Below, piece after piece: positions 25,400 to 37,799 of a stretch of DNA of 64,000 nt. Under the pieces are notes generated by a model. The model ran no database searches, was not told where the DNA came from, and saw only the letters and a list, made by a program, of their open reading frames with translations. The position numbers and the translations under genes are program-made. Every line of letters starts with the position of its first letter. Position 1 is the stretch's first letter. The DNA lies in NCBI GenBank assembly GCA_036172245.1, contig JAYWIR010000036.1, forward strand, positions 1,550,001 to 1,614,000, in the 5' to 3' direction. The DNA is from Raillietiella orientalis (Eukaryota).

Positions 25400-27880
25400 A
25401 GGAAGAGAGGGAGTTGTGCAGGCAGGGTACGAGGAAGCGATCCCTTCGCGTCACGGGGTGGCGTCACGGGATCGGGAAGAGTCTCAGGCAAGAACGGCGC
25501 GATCTGCACGGCGACCCATCCCAGGCACCAGGGGTGGTGAAATGGAAACCCTGTTTCCAGGGGGATCGCCGGAAGACCTCTGCTTCCAAAGACCCCTCCC
25601 GTGAGTTCCTGCTTGCGGGAGCGTCTCTGGCTGGACTGACTTTCCCAGGCGCTCCCGATATCGTGAAGCTACCAGCGCCATGGGGACGCCCTGAGATTCT
25701 CCCGGGCAACCGCGGAGCTAGCTGGAACCTCTCCAGAAAACCCCAAGCCATCGAGATCATCGTCGAGCAGGACCGGTTTCCGCCGCCTCTGCGCCACGTG
25801 CCCCCAAGGGCGCTCGACAATGGGCAGCGCTTAGTGGGGGCGGTCGGAGAAGTCGCTGTCCGCCCCGCACAGCCTGCGCGCACGCCTGAGGGCACTGAGA
25901 GGGAGATCATCGACTTCAGGGGCCTGCAGGCGGTGGACAGGTGCTGCTCAGGTAGCGCCGCTGGGCACTCTGATTCCCCAGCGACGAACAAGGCGCCCTT
26001 GGCCCGCACGTCAGAAGTCAGAGGGACGCTTCGTCGCGTAGGAGGGGCCATCCCACGGTCCACTCACTAGACCCCGCCCCTCCCGCACACATGCGAAAGA
26101 CTCCTTGTCTCTCCTCCCCTCCCCCCCCCCCAAAAAAAAAATTAAAAAATAGGTGGAAAAATGCTCATCCTCCTCACTCGGTGGAAGCATCCGCCATCTT
26201 GTTAGCATCGCCTCCAGCCCCTGTTCGCATCTCCCTACGCGAACCACCCCTCCTCCCGGTGGTTCAGCCAATATGGCGCACCTCATGGGGATTCGTGGGG
26301 GATGCAGCGCTTCTGGCACAGTTGTTCCCGTCCGTCCGCGCTTCTCTCCTCGGAGTCCGCCACTCTGAGGAGAGGCGACTCGGGAAAGTGGCCGCTTCCT
26401 CCGCCTACTACCTCGGCCCTCTTTGAGTTCCCCCCAGGCTGGGCGATGACCCGTCCGGGGTTTCCAGCAGACGGTCCGGGAGTGCCGGACGGTCGAGCGG
26501 GTCTCCTCCTTCCTGGGCTACCCTCTTGCGTCCTGGAGATTTCTGATTTCCCGACACCTCACAGGATCCCGGTGACGGCACTGCTGTGGCCCTCAGGGAG
26601 GAGAGGGACTCTTTAGAAGCAAAGCAGGCAGTCAATCCACGTGGCTCGCTCGTACTTCTGGGCGCCATTCGTCTCCTGCATCCCCAAGGGTCCGCGACAC
26701 GCCCAGCACAGCTTCGCTCCGGGTCCGGGTCTGTTGCGGGTCGGGAGCTGCTTGGACCGACGACAACTCCAGGGTGTCTGAGTGGGGTTGTTTGACCTGG
26801 GTAACAGGTTCATTCGAATTTGCGCTCGTAGAACCGTGCTGAAGGGAGAATTTCCTGCCACTGGGTAGCACCACCAGCGCGACAACCACGAAGCCCAGCG
26901 CTATCACAGGAAGCAGCTCACGAGCTCTCAGTTCATCCCGCACCACCAGCTGATGCTTGCCCTCGCCGGAAAACTTTGCATCAACGGCATACCCGCGTTT
27001 CTAAGACTCGCGCGCCATCATACACTACCCGGGGTTCCGCGCTCGGCCACCGGCGACGCTCGAGACTGCCGTCACCACCTGCCTGTCTGCAGGCGCTGCG
27101 CCACCGCCAGAGCCTCGAGCCGTCTCCTTGAGACCGAAGGCTCTTCCAGTTTCTCGATGCCCCTGCTCGGGGAAGCTGGTCGCCACCAAAGGGTCCGTCT
27201 GGCTGCTCCAGTCCGGATCACATGGAGTTCTCGGGCGGGCGGATCGCCACCCCAAATTCCCTGCTCCCCGCAGGCGCCTATTGCGGCGTCGCTTCCCCCT
27301 GTGTGCATCAATGCCAGAGGGTGGATGGTATTGATAGGGCGAGGCGGGTAGTCTGGTCTGTGGAGGTCGCGCCTCCACCCTCGGTCAGCCCTGCTCCTTC
27401 GTTCTGAGATCATCTGTGTCCTCTACAACTTGCATCCCCGCAACGATCCAAGAGCAGCCATCGTGGATCGAAGGTGTGTTCTTTCCCATCCTATGAGCTG
27501 ACCGCACGAGGTCAAACTCGAGTCGTCGCGAAACCGAAAAGAGCCCTCGAGCAGGCTGCTGCGGACTGTGCAGCTTTCTCTCGTGCAATTTCGGGGCGCA
27601 CTCGAAACGTCCCGCGTCCGTTCTCTGACCTCCTCTGCCTTTCATCGCTCACGAGAGAACGTGGGGCTCCGAAACCAGGAGATCCCGGTGCAGCATCTGC
27701 ACGCTGCATCAGAGCCCCCCAGTAGTAGAGGGAAGGAATCGCCATTGCACCCGTGAGAGAGGTCGCAGCTTCCGCACCACCCTCGGATCGATGAAGTTTG
27801 GTCGCCTCTCTGCCCCACTGGCGCAGCATCCTCGTCAAAATCGCTCTTTCGTGACTCCGAGCTGCCTCACAGCCCCTACT
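25400..27880 (-). mobile_element. Possible decayed LINE
   Basis: AVRQLG..KRAIL (endonuclease N-terminus-like) near 27870; VPSGVRAGC (SGVRQGC), LLDDDL and WLGVF at 25730-25900. Confidence 0.3.
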
Positions 27881-27949
27881 CAGAAGAACGTTCGGTCGAC
27901 CCGACCTCCAGGCGCTCCGCGTCTCCCAACTACTGAGGACCGACTACCA

Positions 27950-28800
27950 CCTCGAACCAGGTAAGCGATTTCCCTCCTTGGCCTCGGCAACCTCTACTGA
28001 TTCCACCATCAGTCCTCCCCTGTCCCCTTCGCCGCCCCTTCCCCTGGGAAACTTCAAATCCAGAGAATGGTGACAGATGGTGTTGCCAGGGATTGACGGG
28101 GGGGAGCAGATTACCGACCAGGTGGAGATTCGGGTGAGTCAGACTGAGGCCACCTTCGCCCTGGTGCTCCTTCCACTCCATCCACGTCTGCTGATCGAGG
28201 AGAAATGGGTCCGGCCCTATCCTGGACACCTCCTCTCAGTTATTCTCCAGCCACGGCACGATCTCGGTGCTCCGCCTCAGGAAGCAGTCCTCCGCGGTAG
28301 GAGATGCAGGTAGTCCACTCGCAAGGCAGATCCAGGACATTGGGGTTCACGTGCCAGCTGGTGGTCTGGAAGAAGACGCGGGTTGCCAGCCCGGACCCTC
28401 CCTTGAACTCGGAGGGGAATTTCAACCCTGCGTCGCGCTTATCCAGCAACCACATCAGGCAGTGGCCCTCATTGGAGGTAAGGAAGGCCCCCACGTGCGC
28501 GTCCCGAAGGGAATTCTGCTCGAAAAAAGTCCGTGGATCATGTCCAGGTTGCTAAGGGCGCTCGGCCCGAGGCAGGAACTCCTGGCCAGGCAGCGCAGGA
28601 TCATCGCTCCGGAGCATTTACTGGCGATCCGATGCCTCGGGCTGCAGCTGCTTCTCCTCCTTCCCGGCGAGGAGGGGGTCTGGATTTCCCAGACCGCTGA
28701 CCCCCATGTGCAGAATCCTCCCTCTCCCTCCTTCGGTCCCGGCTGCCTTCGCAGCATGCCGTGTCTCGCCGTGCCCTGCGGATCACTCCCTTCTCTGACG
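27950..28800 (-). mobile_element. Decayed Tx1/L1-type LINE RT
   Basis: IASKCSGAMILRCL, GQEFLP..SALSNLDMI (Q.GF.PGRS...N), GAFL...HCLMWLL...FPSEF, KEHQGEGGLSL. Confidence 0.45.
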
Positions 28801-29849
28801 GATGCAGACAGTAGGAGATTCCAGCGAATGGCAGGTAACTGAAGATCCCGTTTTCCATTGGGTCACGCCGGGTCGTTCATCCCCTCTTCCTTGAAAAAAA
28901 AAAAAAATTTAAATTAAATGAGATAAAATAAAAAAAGGGATGCAGAGAGCGATCTGCTGGTTCTTTTTGGAATCTCAGGAACCGTCCGACGCGCAGCTGG
29001 AACGGGGGAGTAGCTCTACCGTGACTGAGGAGCACTGCGAGGGCGACGATCAAATGAAGGCGAAGGAGCGACCGACAGTGGGAGAGCCACCTTCTGAGCC
29101 GCAGCATCCTGGCCCTTGGCTCGCGTGGGGGGCCTCGGGAAATGCCATTCCTCCCTCCCCACCTCTTCAGTTTGGGAGGGACCGCGTTCCTACTCTTCGC
29201 CGGGGCACTGGAGGTGACTGACAGGAAGGCCTCTTGAGGCAGCACTGTCTCGAGGAGGGGCCGCCTCGGACGAAGGATTCGCCGATGCTCTGACCTTGCT
29301 GAAGATGGTTCCAGGTGGAGACTGCCGGTGCAGCGCTCCCGGTCCAGACGACGCGGAAGCGGGAAAAAAAAACTTGGATCTCCCGGCGCAGTTTCCGAAT
29401 GCTCTGGAGCATCCGCAAGATGGCCCTTCCGGTGCCCGCCGCGAGCAACTGCCTGTCTGTGACTGCTGCCGTTCTTTGGACCGCCCCGCCGAACTCCAAT
29501 CGATGCCCTGAGGCTGGGCACGGACCACTTGGAAGCGCCTCTTGGCAGAAGAGGCTCCCTGGCTTGGCGGCGCGCCTTTCGTCTCAGCGCGTCCGTCTTC
29601 GAGCGCGATCGTCCGACTTTCCCTTCGACCCAGCCGCCAGTGAGACCTGGGCCGCAGGGATTTCGGGCTGGGAAGTTGCATCGCTAGTACCGCAGTCGTG
29701 TACTCACGCCGTGTGCGCGGCACACGGATCTCAGAGACGGTCACACGTCCTCGTTTGGGCCTGCCATCTGCAGAGGCCATCAACTGAGCTCATTTCTTTT
29801 GTTGCGACCTCTCTTCGAGGCATTGGGGTCCGCTGACCACGTTCAAGGC

Positions 29850-31750
29850 CACGCCTCAGCTTGAGAGGGGGGGAGGACCTCATGTGGAAAGTCAAACCCA
29901 CAGGATCTCAACGGAATGTCCGGCCAAGGTCTGCTCAGGCAGCGGCATCAGGCGAGCTCGCGTCGTCTATGGCAATCGCGGAAGGGAAAGCCCGTAGCCA
30001 CTGAAGGGCCTGCCTTGTGCGCGCCCGTCCGGATCATGTGGGGTTCTCGCAAGAGCGGACCGCCATCCCGAATCCAAGCCCTTCTATGCGCGCCGCGGTT
30101 CAGGACAGAGGAACTGCGTGAAAAATCCCCCCATCACCCGAGAGAGGAACAACCCTTTCCACCCAAACGCAGGCAGCGGAGGGAAGCCGAACAGAGGGGC
30201 GAAGAGAGTGCGGAACGTCTCCCTCCTGCAGACCATCGCCGGGCGGCCGCCTCGGAGGAAAATCTCGGGGGTGCGGAAAGATGGCGGAGGCAGAAGAGGG
30301 GAAGTGACCTGCGCAACCGGCAGGACCCCTCCCGGAGGCCTCTGCCGCCGTGCAGACCTCCCTGGGTTGTGACTGGGGCATTCGCAGTCACCGCCGCGGT
30401 CCGAGCCGCCGTCGGCGGAAGCTCCGGGTCAGCTGGCATCCGAACTCTCCTTCGCCGCGACTCTCCTTCTCCTCGCGCCGCCCTCCGACGGCGGAACGGC
30501 TCGGTTCCGGCGGTTGTCCGTGTTCCACGCTCGGCCTTCAAGGACCACATATCTCCTTCCACCCCGTCCAGGGCGGGGTGCTTCGGCAGGTGACGGTGCT
30601 CTTCCTCACTGGGCGGACGCCGTCTTCCGCAGTCGCCACGGCGACCCTCCACCTTCCGTGGAACGCGACGATGGCCGCACGGGCCCGATTCGTCGGGCCG
30701 GCCCGGTGCGACCTCCAGTTCGCTCCGCAACGCCGAATCCTCCGCTCGCCGCCGCTATGGGCTCATCGTGTGACCCATCGTGGGGGGTGCTCGCGGACAC
30801 GAGAGCGTTCCAGACAGTGCCGGACTGGCCACTTGTTTGGAGCTGGAGAACTGAGGTCGAGGTCATCCCGGCCTCCTCTAGCCCCATCCTCTCCACTGAA
30901 TGAGGCCATACTATGCCTCCTTCGTCCGCAGCGAGTGTCAGGTGTTCCGAACATGGGGAACCTCGGGTGAGGGAGCACCGGCCACAGGACGGTTCGGCTG
31001 TCGTCCGCCCCTCGTACGCCCAGTCTCCGATTCGAGCATCCACGTCGCTGCGGGCCTGCACCGGAGCTCTCTCTGCTCTGGTCAGGCGTGGTCCATCACC
31101 ATCCGCATTGGTTGTGCTCATAACGAAGGAGCGAACAAGACGAATGCTGATGCTGTGGAGTCCAGCGGAGATGCTCCATGGGTAGATCCCCTCTTCGCCC
31201 ATGCTGCGACTGGGAGCCTGCTGCGTGATAGGTCCTACTGAAGAGTAGGCCGTCTTCCTCTGCTGCATGTGAAGCGAACTTCGCATCATTCAAAGATGGG
31301 GATGGGTGTGAAGCACGCAGCGGTCCTTCCGACCGTACCCTTGGAGTGGCCACGAAATCCAGATGTCCCACGGTCTCCGGGGCCGTTGCGAAGGATCGCT
31401 CTTGAGCCTCTTGCGGACTTTTTCAGGAAGCGGCTCGCCGGTTCCTTCGTTGCTGCTCGGAGTTCCCCGCGCCACTCTTCGCGACTCAGCGCGCCACGCG
31501 GATGTATCGGGTAAGACCCTGGGAGGTCACCGGGCCTACGATCACAAAAGAATTGTGAGACAGTGGCGGAAGAGGGCCGAGGTGTGGGTCCTCTGCTGCA
31601 CTTTCCGGAGCATTTACTGGCGATCCGATGCAGAGCGACTGTCCGGTCAGAAACGGCCGGTGGACAGCAATTCGGGGCTGCAGGTACCCTGGAGGCACTG
31701 GATCGGACTGTCTCCGGAGTGACTGCAGAGGTTCCTCCTTCTTTCCGCTA
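29850..31750 (-). mobile_element. Decayed Tx1/L1-type LINE ORF2 (contains the left inverted arm)
   Basis: Minus-strand IASKCSG (K..SK), PRVRSEGPLRAS (GVRQG.PLS-like), VDARIGDWAYEGRT and LTLAADEGGIVWP. Confidence 0.45.
30111..31062 (+). repeat. Left arm of a 952-bp inverted duplication
   Basis: Reverse complement of 38563-39514. About 6 substitutions found by eye, and mirrored ORFs appear in the track (30350..30970+ versus 38655..39275-). Confidence 0.96.
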
Positions 31751-31849
31751 CGGTGCTCTTCTTCAGCGTCCCTCTTCCTCTGGCAGTTCATCAAGGGGCT
31801 TGCCTTTCTTGCCGAAGATGCGCCGGGTCATATGCTTGAGACGAACGGT

Positions 31850-32530
31850 CAGTCACCTGTATGGACCGTAAACCGGAGACTTCCAAGCTGGCTGGGGAAC
31901 CTGCTCATGGACGGAGGAACCGATAGAAGACAAATAAGTAGGAGATGGAATGCGTAGGTTCCGCGGTCACCATGAAGGACTCCGGGGAGCCACGTTTTTC
32001 ATGCACCTTCCCTGCGCGGTCTCTTTTCATGCCACTTCCCTTCGAAAGTCCATTTGCGGCATTCCATCTGAGAGCAGTGGTGGCCAGACAACCCCTCCTC
32101 GCTGGGAACTCCCCACCTGAAGGGCATCGTCGCCTAGTAGGGTGAGGGAGTTCCCCCAGTCCTTCTGGGGCTCCTGGGGCATCCAACATGCGGGAGGACT
32201 GCACTCATGCGTGGCGGCGGCGTTCCCCGAGGAAAGGCCATGGCGCGCAGGCAAGGCGTTGGCTACAGGAATGAGGGCCACTTGGTCCCGATTCTTCGTC
32301 GAAGACCCTTGTCCTCGGAGGCCATAGACCCTCCTTCGTCCCCATTTACAAGAGGCAGGCAGCCTCCTTCTGCGGGAGGAAGGGCCGCTTGCGATGTGGG
32401 CGGCCACTACTCTCAAGCCAAGATCGGGATCCCTGCATGATCCCGACTTCTTGCGCAGTTTTCGGGCCACTGAAGAACCGGGGAGGCACCCATCCCGAAA
32501 CTCATAGTGCCTCTTCTTGTAAACGTCTTT
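31850..32530 (-). mobile_element. Ty3/gypsy integrase remnant
   Basis: YKKRHYEFRDGCL...RKLRKK, GAPEGL...SGGEF...ATTALRWNAANGL (TTAPYHPASNGL-like), ISYLFVFYRFLRP*AGSPA (L..YR.TPH..TG.SPA-like). Confidence 0.5.
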
Positions 32531-33539
32531 GTTCCTCGTCCCCGAATCCCTCATTCCTTCCCCCCCCCCCCTCCCTCTCCTTGTTTCAGGCAGTTCGCCG
32601 CCGATCCGGGCTGCTGGTCCCCCGCGGCGGAGGCTGCGGGCGGAAGAGCCTTCCATCGTGGGATCTCCCACGCTTTCCTCCGGACCTGGGCGGGGATGGA
32701 AACTGTCCCTCCGGCTGGGAAGCCCTAGGCGAAGAAGGAACCTCTCCTTCACGGATGGGAGGTAGCAGGACGCGGAGGCCGGCCCGGCGTGCACGAAGAA
32801 GCCGCGATCCGTCCGAGGAAAAGACCGTGGGTGCCGACGTGGCTTTCCTGTGTTTCCTCCAGGAAAGGGACCCCGCAGGATGGGAGAATGTGACTCCCAC
32901 CGCCCCCGCCTCAGCTCCCTCGGGGCGGCATTGCTGCCCGTGCCCTTGCGGACCGCCAGTTCCTTTCTCCACGCTGCTTCGTGAGGCCGCACATCCCGTC
33001 CACGGACATGCCAGGAAAAGGCATGATTGGCATCCGCGTACGCAGCAGCAGCCCTCTCACCTCTCCGGACCGCCTCGGGGCAAGAGGATGTTCCCATCTC
33101 TCCCTTCTTCTGCTTCCTCCTTTCTCCTCTTGGCGGGTCGCCGGGGTCAGTGGCGTAGAGACTTCTCCCTCGCATGCTCGGTGCCGCTGCCACATCCGCA
33201 GCTGCGGGGCTGGCTGGCCGAGATGTGAGTGAGGAGGGGGGGACCGTGGGCGTTGCGGGCGCTGGCAAGGCGGGACGGACGCGCCTCGCCTCTTCAGCGG
33301 CGACGCCGCGCTCCGGCGCGCGCGACCGCTTTCCCGCGCGCGCGCCTGCCGGAGGGACTTTCGCCCCGCACGCGCGCGGCTCGCCGCTGCGGAACGGCGG
33401 CCGCGTGTCCTGAACGGGGCATGGCCTACAGAGGAAGCTCATCCGGAAGACCGCGAGCCAGACAACCACCCAGTCTCACCCAGGGGACAAAAGGAGGAAG
33501 GAGGGAGCACGCAGCCCCCTCCCTCATAGCAGCCTCTCT

Positions 33540-36500
33540 GGCCCTTGTCTGAGAACACCTCCGCCAAAAAGCACATACAGACGAGTGGGCTCTGTCCACA
33601 AGGCCCTCCGGGCACGAGGACGCCGCCTGGCACAGGATCGATCCGCACGATTCTCCGAAGACCGCAACGCACGCTCACCAGTTTCCTCTTGGACGCCCGC
33701 TCGTGGCCGTACCAGAAGACTGCAAGTATGCTTCCAGAGACTGATCCCCCTTATTTTTGGGGTGCTCCTCCCAAAGCGCTCGGCATCCCGCTAATGCGAG
33801 ATGGCACCTTGGTATACGCACGCGCCCTTTCCGATCATTTCTCGGTCTTTTGGCTCAGGTCAAAGCTCAACATTCTACCTCCTCCACGCACCCCGCGAGT
33901 TCGATGCTTCCTCCTGGACTGTTGTGAGGACCTGCCCCCACCCTGTGACACCATGGACCTCTACCCGTTCTCTCCCTCCGAGTCTCTTTCCGCGTGTGAA
34001 AACACTTCTCTCGGCTCCGACGGGATAACATATAATCACCTGCTGTGAGAGGATCCCCAATGTGTGCTGCTATCAAAAATATTCAACATCTGCCTGGCCC
34101 ACAGAAAACCCCCAGCTGACTGGAAAGACAGCTATTCGATTCTTATTCTGAAGGACAACCTTGCGGATGAGAACGAATTAGGGGAGTTCCGACCGATTGC
34201 GATCGACAACATCATGGGCACGCTCTTCGCCAAGTGTTTGGTGAGATGACTAAGGAACTGGATCCTCCGCAATAAATCATCAACTCTTGTCAACTCCCCT
34301 GCTACGGGGTTCTCCAACATTGCTTCGTTCTTGTGGACCATCCAGAGAACGGCAGAAGGCATAAGCGCAACGTCTGCGTCGCTTGGATCGACTTTAAGGA
34401 TGCATTCGCATCCATACCACACGAATACCTCCTGCAAATACTAAGGCACTTCATAACAGGGGATGATTTTTGTGGCATCAGCAAGGATATCTATGCTGGC
34501 TCATCGATGTGCGTTCGGACAAAACATGGCACATCGAGCTCAGTACAGATAGCTGCAGGTGTACGGCAACGATGCCTGCTGAGTGGCCTTCTCTTCAACC
34601 TCGCTCTGGAAGCTACTGCCGAACCGAGGCAGAACAGTGTTTCTCCCGATACCACATACCTAGCCAGTGATGTTCTCCTTGCTCCTTCATCAGTCCACCT
34701 GCAGGATGCGATTGACTATATGACGCCGACATTTAGGAGATGTGACCTTTCGATCAACCCTAATAAGTGCGGTTCCCTTCACATCTCACATAGCGTTCCC
34801 ACTGGCACAAGGCCTACGCAGTTCTGTATTGGGGGAATTCCCTATCCCATCACTCCAGGACAATGAAGCGTACGAGTATCTGGGCAAACCAGTAGGGTTC
34901 GATGCCCTGAGATCGGTTGCTGGAGAAAAGGAAATTCTTCATAACTTGAAACGGATTCTTGACTCTGTCCTGACCCCTTGGCAGAAATTAGATGCTCTCA
35001 AGGTCTTCTTTTTTCTCTCATTCACTCACTCTTTTCGAGTGCACCTCAAGCCCCTCAGCTTTTGAAACAGGATGAACAACATCTTTAAGAAAGCACTGAA
35101 ATCTCAGATGCTTTCCCTCTCTTAAGCTGCTTTCGCGGAGTACCTCTATATAGCTGCTCCTGTTGGAGGCATGGGATGTCCTATCCTCCAGGAAGAGAGC
35201 TCCACCATGTGCGTGGACTCCGCTTTCAAGCTCCGCTTTCAACCCTGACCCGATGGTGCGTGAACTCGCGCGCAGTTCATTGGATGAAGTGGTGAGGCGC
35301 AAATCCCGCTCTCCTCGAACGAACATTACCATTGCTCATTTCCTGAATGGTGCTGTGACCCCCCTTTTAATGTACCCTCTAGAGACCCAAGGAGCTTCTG
35401 GTCAGCAGTGCGGCAAGCCTTCAAAAGGTTCCCGCTATCCTGGTCCGTCCAGGATGAGTCCATTGACATTTCAATTCCTGGCAAACGGATCACCTACTAC
35501 CAGCGTCGGTAAGTGATCAGAACGATTCGCTCGATGCAGCAGATGGGTAGAACATCTACTCTGCTCAGAAATCCTGATCAGGGTCGAATCATGGACTGTG
35601 TCTCCCTGCATCCTGCCTCCAACAGCTTTCTGAAGAGATGTGAGTTTCTCCGTTTTTCAGACTGGAGATTCACCCACCGAGCGCATCTGAACTTACTGCC
35701 GCTCAATAAAAACATGAAGCGTCTCGGCTTCTTTAAGAGATGCAGAAGATGCACTTGGCTCAAGGAATCTCTCTGTCACGTACTCACTCACTGCCAGTAC
35801 CACATTGGCAGTTCCATAACAGCGCCACAACTCAGTCCTTAAGGAACTGGTCGAAGCCTCGCGCCCTTACTGGCTCAGACTTCAAACTGACCAACAAGTG
35901 GGCGATTCAAACTCCTCCCTCCGACCCGACCTTGTCTATAACGATTCCCAGGCTGCTATCGATGTTGCTAGCCCCTTTGAGAACCGTCGAGACTCCTTCA
36001 GAGTTGCGTGGGAGTCAAAAAGTATGCTCAGATTGCCCAGTGTTTCCGCAAATCTGGCAGGGTGGTCTACTTGGATGCATTCGTCATTGGCACACTGGAA
36101 GTCTGGGACCCAAGGAACGATGAAGTTCTTTCTAGACTTGGCATACCCGAGCTGTACACTAAAGCCCTTGGGGACAGGATGATCGCGGCCGCCACACGTG
36201 CATCCAGAGACATCCACGCGAAACACATCGAGTACCAACCATCCAACAAGACTCTGGATGCATTTTCCTCCCTGACAAACCTCGACCCTCCCCGCCCAGT
36301 TAGCCCTAACCCCAACCCTACGCTCAGTGCTCCACTTGTGCCGCCTGCGCATACGATTCGCAGCCCCGTTCTCTCACTATGTTCCAGAATATCTTGCAGC
36401 GGAGCCGACAACACTGAACCGCGCGCAGAGGAACAGGTCTTGGAAGATGACAACCTTAGTTGGTACGAGGATGCAGCTAGTGACGATAGCCCTGAAGAAT

Positions 36501-36589
36501 TCGACCCCCAACGCACTAGTGAAATCCCTCGAAAAGTGAAAACCTCTACAACCCGTGCCGCTTCCTGTTTGCCTTCCGCTGCCCTCTGA
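33540..36589 (+). mobile_element. Utopia/NeSL-clade RLE non-LTR retrotransposon (RT + CCHC + restriction-like endonuclease), frameshifted and inactive
   Basis: Collinear motifs across frames: ENTSLGSDGITY, KIFNICL...PADWK.SYSILI.K, FRPIAI, VAWIDFKDAFASIPH, GVRQRCLLSGLLFNL, INPNKC, YEYLGKPVGF, LTPWQKLDALKVFFF, PDQGR, RFSDWRFTHRAHLNLLPLN, RCRRC...ESLCHVLTHC, RPDLV, IDVASPFENR, KKY, GTLEVWDPRND, SRDIHAKHI. The post-RT and RLE motifs match Utopia-like families. Stops and frameshifts are present and YADD is degraded (YLASDV). Confidence 0.85.
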
Positions 36590-37799
36590 AAACGGAGGAG
36601 CCGCCGTGATACTAGCAGAACCCCCAGTCTTCGCTGGCAGCTTCGAAGAGATCTCAAGTGCTACATCTGGTGCGCCCCCAGGATCAATGGACGAAAACAT
36701 TTCACGACCATGAGAGATGTATCGTCGAAAAAAATCCAGCATCCCGGAACATTCATCTGGCGAATAATGCTATCGGCAATATCAGTCTTGTTTCCGTTCA
36801 TTTTGTATACGAGCACCCTCCAAAGGAAGAACCCTGTATCCTTTGAAGTAATAAAGACTATCATCCAAAGCCCCCCGGGTATGGCCTTTTGAGATGCAGC
36901 TTGTCTGGTGTGGCGTCGAAGCTGCCAGCGTCTTTGGTGCTCCACTGGCTCCGTGAAGCGCCATCTTTCATTTTTCTGTGCTCCCCCTCTTCCTCCCCAA
37001 ACTTCTCTCTGCATTTTGCCGCCCTATGAGTCGTTGATCTTTTGGAGACCACGTGATCTCCAGATGAAGAAGATTGTAAAGATTAGAACCCCCAGCTCTT
37101 TGGAAGCACTCTCCTCACCCCCTCACCCCGTTCCGTCAGTGAAATCGGTTCCTACCAGCTTAGCACCCGACGCGTGCCCCATCTGCTGGTCAGCACAGGG
37201 AACTAATTTTCGGATGCCCGGAACGCACACCGCTTTCTCGACAACCTCGGACCCACTCAAAACCCAGTGCCCTACTTTTCGTATTTCTCTCTTGCTCAGG
37301 CTTTCAAGAGAATCCCCGATGTTACCGAAGGGTGACGCTTCCCGACGAAATTCGACGAGGACCGCGCATCAACCACTTTGCTTCGAGCGCTTCCCGGTCA
37401 TCCTAGCGTCCTTCCACATGGAAACCGAGTAGAACGTGGCGTGCCTGCTCCGTCGCGCCGGTAGCAAGGAGCCAGCGATCGCGAGCTGCCGCCCGACGGG
37501 AAGAAAGGCCTGAGGCGGAAGTTTCGCGGTGCATCGGCCACCACCAATCCGACTGCACGCCGGCCGCACGCCGTGAGAGCCGCCCTCGGCGTCCGCCGCG
37601 CCGACGGGCAAGTGCGAAAGGGCAGAGGCTGTCGGGTTGGCGACCTCTGACGAGGAGGGTCATGGTCTCACTCCTCTTCTGGAGGAGTGAGACTCCGGCG
37701 CGTCCCCGCTCCGGCGCGTCCCCGAATCTTAATCGTCCCGTGACGCGCGAAGCACGCTCCTTCCCGGTCCCCATTCCCAACGCACCTCAGTCACGGATA

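Noticed and set aside
36302..36322. Telomere-like ccctaaccccaacccta
   Set aside because: Only one perfect unit; it simply encodes PNPNP in the retroelement frame.
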